Assembly: GCF_009914755.1 (NCBI RefSeq)
Contig: NC_060944.1
Source: the human T2T-CHM13v2.0 reference genome, Homo sapiens
Strand: one strand, 5' to 3'
DNA: 64,000 nucleotides
The notes beneath the pieces were generated by a model, which was not told the origin of the DNA, ran no database searches, and was given only the letters and a program-made list of their open reading frames with translations. The position numbers were made by a program, and so were the translations under genes. Below, piece after piece: positions 28,060 to 45,294 of this stretch; the stretch's first letter is position 1; each line of letters starts with the position of its first letter.

Positions 28060-29060
28060 TACAACAAAACTCCAGTCCTGAGCATCAGATTTTCAAACCT
28101 ACCACGTTGTAGAACTTTACCTCCACTTAGCTGTCTCAGAGCCAGCTCACACTAGACACATCTAAAACTCAACTTAGCCCCAACCCCTACAAACCTGTCT
28201 GCTCCTCCTTCTACATTTCCTTTCTTAGTAAATGGTAGCAGCATCTGACAAGTGGCCAGAATCTGAATCTAGGGCTCATCCTCAGTTCTTAACTCCTTCG
28301 TTCTCACTCCTCATCCTAATCAACAGCCTTACAGAAGTCTGTTGATTTGGCTTCTGCAGGTTTGCATCTGCCCCACCTCTCTTTTCTCCTTCCACTGATA
28401 ATGCCTTGGTTGGACACTTTCCCACTTACCCAGATTCAACTAGTCTCTTTGCCTCTAAGGCACTTGATTTATTAATCACTCATCCTAATCATATGGCTTC
28501 CTAATCATATAGCTCTTCAAACACTTTCATAGGCCTTCCATTGTCCAAATTATACAATCTGAACTCCTAATCTTGGCATTTGAAGTCCTCTGTGCCTGCC
28601 TTCTGTCTTCCATTTAGAAGGTCTTCTCATGGTGTTCCCATCTTCCAGCTACTCCAGACCCCATGCTATTGCACAGACATCTTTTGGATCTCACCTCATG
28701 CATTACTGACTTATGCTTCCTCTACCTGCAATGCCCTGCATCCTGGCCACCTCTGGTTTCCTCCAAAGGCTGAGCATGTCTTTCACTTCCTCTATGAAGC
28801 CTGTCCAGATATGTCCAGTCTGGATGAATTACCTCCCTCTTTAGTTCCCCTAGAGCTCATCTAATCTCCATCTGCTTTGTTTTCCAATATCATGAGATGG
28901 GACTACTCTTTCACTGGCTAGATTGTGACCTTTTACAAAGTAGGCATTGTTGCTTACTTATCTCTGCCTCATTCTCCACCCCCACCCCATACTGCCCAGC
29001 AGGATGCCTGTCACCCAACAAGTGATCAATGAATGCTTGTTCAAATGAATTAAATTGGAT
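28060..29060 (+). mobile_element. L2 fragment
   Basis: Ends gatcaatgaatgcttgttcaaatgaat; pyrimidine-rich L2 body. Confidence 0.6.
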
Positions 29061-32000
29061 TGAATTAAAATTGAAAGCAAACATGAAACCAAATCTGCCT
29101 GGATGCAGAAACCCTAATCGGATAAACAGCGATTGCCTTGAGTTCCTGTCTAGTGATCTCATATTGTTCCCTTCAAGTTAGAAGGATGTAAGAAGATGCT
29201 AGTGTGTGAATAGAGATGACTGATCCTTTATTGAATATCAACTGATACCCAATGTTAGACTCTCTTTGTAAAAGTTCTTTTAAGGTTTGTAAGTTGGAGA
29301 ACATTTTTCAATCTCTTTGAATGCCCCACAGTTTATAGTTCTCTGGAATAAATGCTCTTCTTTTAGAAGAGCTTTATTGCACAGATCTCTGGGACTCATG
29401 ATCTAAAACAGAAGATCGATTGCCCAAAGAGTACCCACTGGAGACTTCTGTGAATTAATGAGGTGGTTGCAGTAGGGGACCCCAAACCAATCATTTAAAC
29501 AGGGCATAGTGAACCAGCATGTGGTTTATCAAAAATGAAACGTGTTGCAGGCTACCATCCTTCAATCAGACTATCCATCTAAAGACACTTGATTAAGGAG
29601 TACAACTTGGGAGATGACAGAGACACAGGACTATTTCATTAAGGAAAAAAGGCTATGGAGAACTGCCCTAAGAAAATGTGACACACTCAATATGGCAAGT
29701 TTTCCCCTGAATTTTCTTGAGCATAGGAATTTTCAGGCATGCGAAAAGGAAGCGCTGGGCATATGAGTATATGCCACACTTAGATGAGTGCAGGTAAACA
29801 GCAGCTCAATGACCATGCCTGTTGTACATACACATCTGAGTAAGAACCTGACAGTTCAGAGTGCATGTGAGTGACATGCGAGTGGATGTGGACAATCTCT
29901 CAAGAAATGCACACTACATCTGAGGGTGTACCATTTCCAAGTGAGGATCTGTATTACCTGGGCATCTAACTCCAAATGAGTAAATATAACATTCAGATGA
30001 ACGTGGCTAACCTGAGTGTTTAGACTTCTAAATAAGTGTGTGTAACATCTGAGAAGGTGTTAACAATCCAAAGTTTGTGTGTGGGTGTGCACCATCTATG
30101 CATGTTCATAATGCCTGTTGAAGTCAATAAACGTTTAAATTAAATTATGATTTCAATAATCACTTCCTCCTCAACTCTGGGGTCCTTCTCAACTGTACAA
30201 TTCCTATGTTTATCAGGACAGCTAAGCTCAAAGCAGTCACTGAAAAATAGCACAAGGACCTAATACCCAAACCTAGAGGTTGCAGGGCAGAAGTGGAGGG
30301 GTGTTTGTAACAGAGTTTTCAGGACCTGCACTGCTTTATAAATAACAATATATTCAGGTAAATCTTTGAATCTGGCTTGAATGCTAATAGTAGCTCGACC
30401 AGTTGAGGGTCCATTACTTGTGGGACTCTGATCTGTGAGGGAAAGGGCAAACACAAAAGAGCTTCATGAAGCAGACAACCTCTTGGGCTCTCCTGCTGAA
30501 GCTAACAACAGACCTAAGAACACTGCATTGGATTTGGGAGCATGCAACCAAAGCAGTCCTCATATCCTCTTCAGCAGATTAGAAGGAACCAATAGCCTCA
30601 TCCCCAGGACCAGGAGTTGGAAAGAGCTGGGAGTCCCTGCTTTCTTCTGAGGGCCAGCCTATCCCTAATCACCGCTTGAATTGATCACATCTACATAACA
30701 AGGCCTTTGTCTTGCTTTCTCAGACAGACTTCCCATTCTACCTTAAATCCTTCTGTCATCTTTCCCCTCTAAATTGAGACCCCCGAAGCCTTGGGAGCTT
30801 CCCTGGGACTGAATCCCCCTCCAAGAATCAGTTCCTACTGTCTCTGGCCCTCCCGTGATGGGATGGATCAAGAGGAACCACATGGCTGTCCTCATTTACT
30901 GTCCACAACTAGCATAAGATTCCATAGTTGTGGCCAAGCAAGAAGATGGGTTCTCACTGGGCTCTGAACATTCAAATGCTGCCAAGGACTATTAGACACA
31001 GCCATAATATCTCTGTGAGGGTCAGCCTGTATATCCCCATCAGCTCTTTCTCCCCACCAATCTGATTACTGAAGATCCACTTGTCAATTCAACCAAGCTC
31101 AAAAGCCAGATTACACATGAGGAGGCTGAGGCCGAGAGGTCAAGTGATTCATGAGGGTCAAACTGCAGCAAAAGTAGAAACCCAGACTTTTCATTCATAG
31201 CTCAGTATCCTTCCTTTTTTTTTTTTTTTCTATTTTCTTCTCTTCCTACAAACCAATAAAACGTATAAAGGGGCTTCCAAGCATTTTTTTTTAACTTGGC
31301 ATCCTAAACTGCTTAGCTCTATCCCAACCAACTCCATATGAAATTACAAAGAATAGCAAAGGGTATTTTTTTTTGGTTTAAACTGTGCAGTCAACATATG
31401 GTTCACATACGATTGTGATTATTGTGCCAAAATATACCCAGCAACTCCTTCAGGCCCATGCATTCACAGCCTGTCCATTCAAAAGCAAACCTGCAATGCA
31501 GCCAGAAAAATTTAAATCATTTTGTTAGATAAATCTGTTTGCCAGTGGATTCAGCCTCTCTCAAAGACCACAGAACTCTGATTGAAGAGGTGGAGAGAAG
31601 AAACAGCACTCACAAGTTGTATAACTTTCCTTTCCTGACACTTTTTAGGAAAGGGTGGGGGAAAGAAACAAGAAATTGGGTATTATTTGTATTTCTTGCA
31701 ATAGCTTCATTCTCATTCTCTTGAGAATACATTTATCTAAGAGCATGTTCTTTTCAGCTTGCTGGTAATGATAAAATCATATCCAAATGTGAATGACCTC
31801 CCTTTTGGGGTCATATCTCCAGCTCAAAAACAGTGGTTGCAATAATCTATTCAGAATCATTTTTAAAGAGAAAGGATTTTTTTAGTAGGAAAAATCCCAA
31901 TAACATGAGAGAAGAATAACCTAAGACACTCACCACACAGCACATAGCATTTACTCATACATTTTCTCCTCTTGTGACACCCTCTCTGTTTCTTCCAATG

Positions 32001-32510
32001 AGAAGATGGGCATTTATGACCTGTTTTTTCATTACTTATGCCAAGGATCTCTTATTGCAAGGATCTAAGAGTTATACTGTGCCCCCAACTAATTTCATTC
32101 ACTCTAAGGTGACTTCTGTAAGGTCAAGGAGAGTTTGTACTCTTACTTTCAGTATCTCCTGCTGTCCATCCAAGGCAAAAACCCTCAGAACCTCTCCATA
32201 GGCTTTGGAAAAGCCTGCTGCTTGACCATCTTCCTCCCTCTGGACCCTAAGCTAATGGTTTAAATGGTGGCTTGAGATTCTCGGACCAGATTCCACTGAG
32301 GGGGACCAGGGACCTATCAGAGCCTCCTTCCATCAGTAACAGTTCCTGTGGCCCTCTTTCTATATCTAGAAAAGTTTCTAGCTAGGAGGTGTATCCTTTC
32401 AGAAAGTTGAAGTCAGGTGACAGATGGAGTGTATGCTTTAGCTCACAGGTACAGATTGCCCAACTTCAGAAAGATGCATATTTTAGTCCACGTTCTCCCA
32501 GAAGGAGGCA

Positions 32511-32960
32511 TGTCTGAGTTCAGGTTCTTCCAGAAACAGACCCTGAGCCAAAGTTTCACTGCAAATGATGTATTGAGGAAGTAGTCCCAGAAGAAACTAG
32601 TAAAGGAGTGAGAGAAAATGGGAGGAAGTGGAGCAAGGGTGTGATATCAGGCAAAGTCCCAGTCTTAGCCTGATCTCATAGGGAGCTCTGGAGCATAAAT
32701 TATACCCCCAGCATTTGTCTCATCTCAAACCAAAGGCTTTTGAACCTCCAGTGCTGGTCAGTTATTGGCTATGTCTGCACCAGAGAGACATAAACTCTAA
32801 GGCACTCCTAACTTTGTGTGAGGGTCAGACAAGGCGGCTCTGGCATCTTAATGGCAACATCCCACAGCAGGTCACACCTGGAAGCCATTTACATCAAAGC
32901 ACATGGAAGCTGGGAGACGGACACACAGCAGAAAAGGGGAGGTGACAGTGTCTGGGAGGC
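32511..32960 (-). mobile_element. Old ERVL LTR (LTR33/LTR16-like)
   Basis: tgtctgagttcaggttcttccagaaacagaccctgagccaaag...tattgaggaagtagtcccag. Confidence 0.6.
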
Positions 32961-33187
32961 CAGCAAGAGTGGCTCTGACAGGGCAGCTTTGGACAATGAC
33001 CATATGAGACTTGTGAAAGGATCAGAGACCTATTTTATCAAGGTAATTTTCAAACTTTGTTTCCAGCACTCCTCATCTGAGAGATACGGTAATCTCTCAC
33101 CAATCATAGTGGCTTCTCCATCACTGATTCTTCAAGTGAGGGCAGTGAACAGTCATCTCAGAATCTCAATGGAGGGTTGCTCAAGAT

Positions 33188-33350
33188 CAATAGTTCTCAA
33201 CTTGTGGCTGCATATTATAATTACCCAGAGGGCTTTCAGAATGCTTATTCCTTGGCTCTACTACAGATCAGCTGAATCAGAATCTCTAGGGGTAGGACCC
33301 TAGCATCAGTACTTTTTAGAAAAGCTCTCTAGATAGTTAAATGTGCAGCT
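33188..33350. mobile_element. MER5-type hAT MITE
   Basis: gttctcaact...ctgaatcagaatctctaggggtaggaccctagcatcagta. Confidence 0.75.
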
Positions 33351-33753
33351 ACAAAATCATAAACCTAGGTGATTCTGATGTTTATACGCTTGCCCTTATG
33401 TTTATTCTGATATTTATACCTGTATAGCCAACAGGGGCATTCCCCTCCAGTATTCTCACTCCCTTGGAAGACACACTGATTTGAGTCATTCCAATTTCAC
33501 CAAAGCATTAATACATAATTACCAGTATTCTGAGTCGTTGTACACCACATCTCCTGATTTATTTCTTCCACAGCTTTTATCATAATTGAAACATGTCTTA
33601 TTTAATTATTTGTTTACTGGCTTTACTGCTTGCCCCCAAATAGGCTGCCAACTTCATGAGGTCTGAGATCTTGTCATCTAATTCATTGCTTCTAATACCA
33701 TACTAGACACATAATGGTTTTTCAATAGGTATTTCTTAAAAAAAAGAATTTAA

Positions 33754-34026
33754 GGTCGAGCGCGGTGGCTCACGCCTGTAATCCCAGCACTTTGGGAGGC
33801 CAAGGCGGGTGGATCATGAGGTCAGGAGATCGAGACCACGGTGAAACCCCGTCTCTACTAAAAATACAAAAAAAATTAGCCAGGCGCAGTGGTGGGCGCC
33901 TGTAGTCCCAGCTTCTTAGGAGGCGGAGGCAGGAGAATGCCGTGAACCCGGAAGGCAGAGCTGCAGTTAGCCGAGATCACGCCACTGCACTCCAGCCTGG
34001 GTAACAGAGCAAGACTCTGTCTCAAA
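33754..34026 (+). mobile_element. AluYd-lineage element lacking a poly(A) tail, fused to L1
   Basis: 12-bp left-arm deletion (GAGACCACGGTGAAA vs GAGACCATCCTGGCTAACACGGTGAAA); ends GTCTCAAA and runs straight into L1-derived sequence. Confidence 0.85.
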
Positions 34027-34056
34027 TAAATGGAAGAACATTTCAACAAATGTTAA

Positions 34057-35743
<1,687 letters not shown>

Positions 35744-35744
35744 G

Positions 35745-36490
35745 AAAATATAAATTACAGCAACAATGAGAAACTATCACACACACCCATTATAACGGCC
35801 ATCAGACAAAAGACAGACAACCAGTGTTTGAAAGAATGTGGAAAAACTGGAACCATCATACATTGCTGTTGGAAAGGTAAAATGGTACAGTCACTCTGGG
35901 ACACAGTCTGGTAGTTCCTTAAAAAGGTAAACATAAAAGTACCATTCATCTAGTTATTCCATTTCTACCTATCTATCCAAAAGAAATAAGACATTTCCAC
36001 ACAAAAACTTGAATTAAACTGTTCATAGAAGCATTATTTATAATCGCCAAAACATAAAAACCATCCAAATGTTTATCAACCAATTGGTGAATGGGTAAAC
36101 AATATGTGGTATATCTATGCAATAGAATATTATTCAGTAACAAAAGAAATAAACTACTGCTACAATCTGCAGCATGAAGCTCCAAAACATTATGCTAAAT
36201 GAGAGAAATAAGACGTAGAAGACTACATATTGTATGATTCTATTCGTATTTATTAAGTTATGGAGAAAAGGCAAGGCCATAGAGACAGAAATCAGATTAG
36301 CAATTGCCTGGGACTGGAAGTGGAAATAGGAATCAATTGTACATGGGCATAGGGGATTTTATGGTGTGATGAAAATATTCTAAAATGGGACTGTGGTGAT
36401 AGTTGCACGATCCTATACATTTACTAAAGAATTGTACACTTAACATAGGTAAATTTATGGTATGTAAATTATACCTCAATAAAGCTGTTA
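35745..36490 (+). mobile_element. Old L1MB/ME 3' fragment
   Basis: Ends ggtatgtaaattatacctcaataaagctg. Confidence 0.8.
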
Positions 36491-37439
36491 AGAGAAACAG
36501 ACTGAATAATCTTCAATGTCCTTTCACACTTCAAAAGTCTATGCTTTGGCATTTAAGTATGCACAAATTTTAATACAAAATGCTATGATAAACCATTGGT
36601 TTTATAGGATAAGATGGGCTAAGAAACAAGTGTGAGCTTTGTAATGCCCAACAGAATCTAGCTTTGCAATTACATTCCCTGCTTAAAGGTCACTCAGAAC
36701 TATGGAGCTGAAATTTACAATGATATGTCTTAGTTAGCCAACCTTTCTTCCAAGACTCTGGGAATTCCTGTTTTTACTCACTATTTGCCTAGTCAAAATA
36801 GCTCGCAGAGGAGACAAGAAAATGGGAGGAGGTGTACATTCGGCAGATTAGTGTCAGAATTAGTGCACGTGCATCTTTGCTTTGCCTCTGACTAGTTCGG
36901 CGACCTATTGTCCTATCTGTCTGTCTTTTATACATTTATTCATCAGACATTTATTGGGTGATGATAGCTCAATAAAGTAAACATAGCAGGTTCAAATTTG
37001 AATGCAACCTGGCCACTGGGTACTGGGTGCTTAGAGCTCAGAGTGGAGAAATAATGAACTGTTCACTATAATCCAATGAAGTGAGGGCAGCAAGAACTCT
37101 GCCAGGGAAGGATTCTGGGAAGGAAGGAACCTACAGGGCAGTGCAAAGACTGAAATTACATGTCTAGGAAGTGCATTCTAGAAAGTGCTCTATGAAAGTT
37201 GGCTGGAGCCTTCACAATTGCTGCATGCATTATTATTACAATATTACTGAATTAGACACCAAAGAGTGGCTTTGTTTCTTATTTGGGCCCTTCTCCTATG
37301 ATTGAATTGCATTTGATACATTTAATGAAAGTGAATTTTGTGTAGAAATTTAGAGGAAGAAAATATGTTGGGTAAAGGAATCATGAAAATCCAGTTGAAG
37401 CATCCAAATAAGTTTTCCCTCAATCATGGCTCTTCTCTC

Positions 37440-38040
37440 TTTCAAAATACCATAGATTCAGTCCATAAGCAATTCCCATGGCTTCAGTTTCAATATACTG
37501 TATATTGAGAATCTGACTGCTTCTCAGCATCTTCATAGTTACAGCTCTGAACTAAGCTTCCATCATCTCTTAACTGGATTATTGTAATAGCCTCCCAACT
37601 GGTCTCCCTGCTTTCACTTTTGCCCCCAAAATTTATTCTCAAAACAGTGGCTAGAATGACTCCTTAAAAACATGACTCAGCTCAAGACTCCCCTCTGCTC
37701 AAAGCCCCCTTATGGCTCTGACCTTACTTAGAGTAAAATGCAACATCTTTACAATGTCTACAAGACTCACTCTTAAGAACTCTCTGATCTTACTCTTCTA
37801 ATTCTTCTCCAGTTACACTGGCCTCTTTGCTGTTCCCTGAACACCCCACACACGCTCCCATTTCAAGGCCCTTGCTCTCGCTATCCCCTTCCTTGAATGG
37901 TCTTCCCTTGGAGATAGGCAACCTAAGGAAGGCTTACTTTTTCACCTCTGCCAGGGAAGTCTGTCCTGACCACTTTATTTAAAATAGCAACCGAAATCCA
38001 CAATATAGCCAATTACACTTTCCCTCTTAATTTTTACCTA
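37440..38040 (+). mobile_element. L2 fragment
   Basis: ggattattgtaatagcctcccaactggtctccctgctt...ctctgctcaaagcccc. Confidence 0.7.
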
Positions 38041-39030
38041 CCACACCTAACAGATTAGGTCCTTTTAAGAGAGAACTGTAAGCACTGCAAATGTCAACCT
38101 TCCTTTGGGAAAAAGCGGCTGGATCAATATGGGGCCAGTTAGGCAATATTTGGGTAGATAACCTTGATATGGGGACCTTTGCTAAAGCAAGGTGGAGGTT
38201 TTAGTACTGGCTTCACACTCGCTGCTCTGTCTGCCATGCTGAGAAAGTCACTTTACCTCTAGAACTTGCCTCTAAAATGGAATAATTGTGACCAATGCAA
38301 TAAGACACAAAACAGAAGAGATACACATTTTAGAAAGGAAAGCAATTCATCGTCATTTGCAGATAACATGACTAGACCTAATATATTGAAGCAAATCAAC
38401 TGAAAGACTGTTAAAATTAATAAAAGAATTCAGTAAAGTAGTTTTGTAGAAGATGGAAATAAATACACTGTACACCATGGAAAACAAGCTAGAAGATGTA
38501 ATGAAAAAGCCTTTTAGAATAGAGTCCTTTAAAAATAGCTAAGGAAAACACAAATAAGAAACGTATAGGACTGACATTGGAAGGAAAATAAAACTCTACT
38601 GAATGATTTAAAAGACTATCTCCAGCCCCTAGCACACGGCTTGGTAGAGTGGGTGTTAAATAATTGTGCTGAACTGAAGATGAATAAATGGACAGAAAGG
38701 CTGAAATCCTGGAGGAAAGCATCATATATTGTAAAAATGTCAATTCTTGCCAAATTGATGTATTGTTTTCTTTGAGAAAAAGCAAATTGTATAAAATATG
38801 AGCCAGTTAGGTGATATTTGTGAGCCCTAAAGATGTGGATGGCCATAATTTGACAATTCCAGTAAGATTTGTTTTGTTCAAATGGGAAATATGGTTAAGA
38901 ACTTAAAAAAAAAAAAACAACAAAGGAATGAGGCTGAAAAACCACTACTGGATATTAAGTTATATTATGAAGTTACAATGATTAAACCATGGGTACTAGA
39001 GTATGAGTTAAATAAAAATGGACTAGGTAG

Positions 39031-39032
<2 letters not shown>

Positions 39033-39064
<32 letters not shown>
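39033..39064. repeat. (GT)16 microsatellite
   Basis: Direct read. Confidence 0.95.
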
Positions 39065-39067
<3 letters not shown>

Positions 39068-41424
39068 ACAGAGAGAGAGAAACATATAATTTTATGTATA
39101 AAATTACACGCAACATAAATTAATGAAAAAGAAAATTTTATCACTTAGTGTTTCAGAAATTCCATAATTATGAGATGAAATCATCAAATTTAAGACCTCG
39201 CTACATATGAAAAACCACATTATATTCCAATAGTTCAGAATTAATTTATTTACTGAAAAATTTTAGTATGCCCTTGCCAACCAAATACAATGTGTGATCC
39301 TTGATTGGATCCTGGATTGAATTTTAAAAAGCTTTAAAGGACAATTAATTGGGAGAATTGGGGAAATTTGAATGTGACCTATATATTAGATACCAGCATT
39401 ATGTCACTTTGAAATTTCCTGAGCGTGATGATTGTTTTGTGGCTATGTAACAGACTGACCTTTCCATAGGAGATACAAACTAAAGGTTTTGAAGCGTCAT
39501 GGTCACTACAAGTAACCCTCAAATGGTTGAATAACCATTTGAGAGACAAGAGAAAGAGAGAGAAACTAAATATGGCAAAATGCTTATGACTGGCAAATCT
39601 ATGGGAAGGATATGTGGATGGTTATTGTCTCATTCTTGCAATATCCTGTAGGTTTGAAATCAAAGAAAAAGATAATCTTGAGTGGAAAAGAATTGTTTAA
39701 GCTTAATAATAGAACAATTTACAAAAGACAAAAGAAAAATGACAGATTTGTCTATATGTAAATCTGAAATGTCTGAAAACAGAATAAAAAATAAAACAAC
39801 CAATTAGAAAAGCTATTCCCAGAAAATATGACAGAGAAGGAAGCAATATTTTAATATTTTAAAAATCATATCAGGTACAGCGGATAAAAATGACAAAGGA
39901 CACACATAAAAATCAATAAATTATCTGAATAAAGGTATAGTCTATATTCTGTATATATAATGGGATAGAACCAGAAATTGCTAAATCAAAATTCTGCACA
40001 AATGAAAACCTCCAACTGGGGAAAATAGGAACTTACCTTATATGATGCCTTATAAGTAATTCTCATATCAAATAGAAAATCAAAGCCACAATTTCCTGCT
40101 CTTTAGAAACTATTACTGTGAGAACAATAATGTTTAATGCTTATGGGACAGGACCAAACCTGTTTTCAGCATCTGAAAAGCCTTTGTTACTAAACAAAAA
40201 AGAATGACAATAAATTAATTAAGCATTCCATAAAGAGAAAATTAGAATAAACAACACTAGAGCCAGATGGCTTTTCCAATGAGTTCTTTCAATCTTCCAG
40301 GAATGGATAATTCCCATGTCATAGAAACAATTACATCAGACAGAAAAAGAGGAAAAGCATCTCAAATTGTTACAAACTATTCCTCTAACATACTATTAAA
40401 TTGGTGCTCCATAAGTGGATCATTTACTGCAGGTACACAAGACAGATTTAGTAATAGAAAATCTAGGAAAATATCACATAAATAAATCCAAGTAGAAAAA
40501 AGAAAAGTACGATCATATAAGTAGATACCAAAAAGGCACTTGATAAAATCACTCATTTTAAAAGAGTCATAAAGATAAACTATAGAATATAAATAGTTTT
40601 CCTTTTCAGATTTCAAAATACCTATTTCAAATCTACAACTAACATTATACGTAAGAGAAATTTGCTGGAGGTCTAGTGTTTGAGGTTGGAATTTAGACAA
40701 AAAGTTCAGCTATTAATATTATTTGGCAACGTTGCCCGGAAAGCTCTACCCAAAGCAACAAAACATAAAACCAAAACAAGAGCTATTGCAACTGTAATAG
40801 GAGGACATAAAATTATCATTATTCATAGATGGTGTGATTATTAGCTGGTAAACCAAGATAATAAAACTTAATTAAAGAAACTCACAAGAGGTTTCAGTGA
40901 ATGAGATGAAGAAAACACACACACCACACACACACTCTCTCACACAGTTTCCCTAAATACCAGCAAAAACCAGTTAGCAAACACAATAGGGGACAGATAG
41001 CAGAAGACACCACAAGCTTAATGTTAGTAAAACAATTTTAACAAGGTAGCTATGGATGGAGTCTACATGAGAGTCAATGCCTACGTCCTGAGAAATAGTC
41101 AAGACTCAGATGAATAGATAGGCTTGCCCTCTTTCAGTGTGGAAAAGCTCACGTTAATACATATAGTCATTTTAGATTAAGCAATAGTCTTAATATAATT
41201 TAGACCAATTCCATTGGGGATTGTTTAGAGAATATGATAAAGGGATTTAAAAATTCATAGGGAAACATAAGTGGGTAAAAATAGCCAAGAACATTTTGAA
41301 CAACAAGAAATAGGAAGACTAGATATTAAAATGTTTTGTAAAGCTATATTAAAATGGGTGATACAGACACAGTGACCAACAGAGAGGCAGATCTAATGGA
41401 ACAGTATAAACCAAGAATATAGTG

Positions 41425-41425
<1 letters not shown>

Positions 41426-41460
<35 letters not shown>

Positions 41461-41477
41461 ACACACACACACACACA
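41426..41477. repeat. (CA)~26 microsatellite with one TA interruption
   Basis: Direct read. Confidence 0.95.
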
Positions 41478-42140
41478 GGCAACATCACCGTTCAGTAAGA
41501 CTGGAAGGAGTATTCAATAAACGGTGTGGAGGAAATCTGTCAACTACTTGGAGAAACAAAAGAATAAATACTCCCCAAACATCATTAAAATGGTAATAGC
41601 TATCATGATATGTGGCAAAAGAAGGATGCAACATTATCAGGGAGGATCAACCTTACATAAAGCCTATTTTTTTTAATTTGGTGACTAAAAATAGGGAAAA
41701 TTTCCCAAATGTCAGTATTTTAAAAATTTTCCTATCATTTCTATATAAGCATGCATTATTTTGTGGTGACTCTAACTTAAACATCATTTAAAATAAAATG
41801 ATAACATTGTATGAATTACCTTAGTATTGTGATAAGGATCAAAGATAGGAATATGAAAATACTTTGAAAATATTTTTTTAATTTAATATGTTACAAAATA
41901 GCTGTAGTATCATATTTTTAATTGATGGATGGATTTATCCACATGAACGACATGGCATAATCTATGCCTAATACTCTCTACCCAGCTGGGCATTGTTGAC
42001 TATTCAATGTTTACGAAATAGATCCCATCCCTACTTGACTCCAGAAGTGCTATTTTCTAAGTACATGTTGAAAAGTATAATTTCAATCAGTCAAGAATCC
42101 AGTAATGTATAAAAGATATTTGACTCAGCTTAAAATAACT

Positions 42141-42453
<313 letters not shown>

Positions 42454-42542
42454 TTAAAATATCCACTAGCCAACAGCTCTATTAGCTTATGTTAATAACT
42501 CAATTAAACAATAACTTTAAGCAAGTCTATGTAGTCTATGTA

Positions 42543-42678
42543 GGCCAGGCACAGTGTCTCATGCCTGTGATCCCACTGCTTTGGAAGGATCAAGTTTGAT
42601 GCTGCAGTGAGCTATGATCACGCCACTGCTCTCCAGCCTGGGCAACATAGTGAGACCCCATCTCTACAAATAATAAAC
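42543..42678 (+). mobile_element. Alu monomer (FAM/FRAM/AluJ-like, internally deleted)
   Basis: ggccaggcacagtgtctcatgcctgt...gctgcagtgagctatgatcacgccactg...aacatagtgagaccccatctctacaaa. Confidence 0.75.
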
Positions 42679-42769
42679 TTGTTTTTTATTATTGTTATAC
42701 TTAACAAATAGAGCATTCAAAGCAAACAGTGCTAACCAACAGAAGCAAGAACAAGCAGAATGCTGCAGG

Positions 42770-42935
42770 GGCCCTGCTCCTGTGTAGTCACAGACCAGTA
42801 GCATCTTCATCACCTAAAAAGAAATGTGTTGGAAATGCAGAGTCCCAGGCCCCACCTCAGCTCTATTAAATTAGAATGTGTACTTTAAGAGGTCCCAACT
42901 TATTTCATTTGCACATTAAATTTTGAAAAGCAGTA
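42770..42935. mobile_element. MER5A-like MITE
   Basis: gaaatgcagagtcccaggccccacctcag...ttgcacattaaattttgaaaagca. Confidence 0.75.
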
Positions 42936-43819
42936 ATGTGAAACAGAACACATTAGGGGACTGGAAAGCTTGCTGGTTTTTGTTTTGTTTTGTTTTCTAA
43001 TATACATTCTGAATCATTTTCTGTACCCTAGTGGAGAGCCAGGCTGTTTTCTTTACCCCGGGCCTCTCAAACCTCAGACATCCTGGGAAGCAACCCCCTT
43101 TATACTCCTGTCAAGTTCTCAGTTGAAATGTCGTTTTCTAAAGTTACCTTACATGGTGAGAGGAGCAAATAAAAAAAATCAAGTTAAACAAGACTAGCTT
43201 CCATGGGGATTCAGCTCCTAACTTGGCGATTAGAACCCACAGCAATGCTTTTACAGAGGAAGATGTTATTGTTTTTAAAAGAGTAATCAGTAGGGCGCCT
43301 GGATGTCTCCCCTTGCAACAAAGACATTTGCTTAAGGAAAGGAAAGTATCAGGTGAAATCTCTCTGAACAGTTTTTTTTTTTTAAATATAATACCATCTG
43401 AAATCAATTATCTTCAAAAAGCCCTTCTAAGCTCTAAAAATGTAAATGGAATAATTACTAATTAAGCATTAAATTAATCGTAATAGCAGGCATACTTATT
43501 TGCCAGATAGGGCAAATAAATGCAAGAGAAAAATTATAACACCAGTTGAAATATTCTTCTTATGGGAAGACGTAACCTACTGTTGAGGATTGCAGAAGTG
43601 CAATGAGGTGAAAATCGTGTATGCACAGAGAATTGGAGGTTCTCATCCATCCAACAACAGAATTGCCTGTGAATTCTGGATTCCCATGATAGACCTCTGA
43701 GTGTGAGGCTTGGGAATGCAAATTTTGAACAGGTTCACCGTGATATTCTTATATATACCAAATTCCAGAGATGTCCTTTGGGAGTTCTTCAGACCCATTC
43801 AATGATTCTGTAACACTGA

Positions 43820-44460
<641 letters not shown>

Positions 44461-45294
44461 AGAAAAGAATATTTCTGTGATTGCTTGAACTGAATGCTAA
44501 ACTAGCCACATTTTTCATGAGGTACCTTTTTGTTAATTCTTGAAAGAATGACTAACGAACTGTGGTCATTCAGATTTGTATATGTGGAAAACATTTTTTT
44601 TTTTTGAGAATAAACGAAGTCTCTCTGTCACTGTAAAGAAAACTGACAGTATTTGTTGTCAAAGACATAAGGCAGCTTTCAAGTGAAAACTAGAATTTGG
44701 AAAACTTGTATCTGCCACTGTGAACTGTAAAGATCTTCAATAATTAAAAATTTTAATGATGAAATTGGTGGTGACAGTAGCAAATGTAATATTTTGATAT
44801 GGTACAACAAGATATATAAACATTTGGAATTTTTAAAATAAATCCATGAATATTTTTCAAATGACCAATGCATAACGTTGCAAAATCATGTAAGGCAAAG
44901 AATGCACTCAAGTGCAAGACAGATATAAATTTTAACGTAAAAGAGTATAAAAAGTTTACTGATATTTCATTGCAACTAAACTTTAGGAAACCACCACTCT
45001 GAGTTTTGGTGTCATATGAGAGGAGAATACCCACAATGATCTTAAATGGCTATTAAAATATTCCTCCTTTTTTTTCCCAATTATGTATCTATGTGATACT
45101 GGATTTTCTTTATTTCAACCAAAACAATTCATGAGGACAGATTAAACACAGAAACAGATATGATAATCCAATTATCTTCTACTAAGCTAGGCATTAAAAA
45201 AGATTTGCAAAATGTGAAACTGTATCTCTTCACCCTAACTTTATTATTTGGGGAAATAAAAATATATTATTTATATTAATATGTATAGGCTTAG

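Larger units (their letters stand above)
38290..41740 (+). mobile_element. Patchwork of old L1M(E) fragments
   Basis: catttgcagataacatgact and aaattatcattattcatagatggtgtgatt (degenerate ORF2 FADD region); L1ME 3' UTR-like 39270-39660. Confidence 0.55.

Noticed and set aside
32818-33303. 161-aa ORF on the plus strand
   Set aside because: Spans an old LTR and a MER5 element, has a non-ATG start and no recognisable domain.
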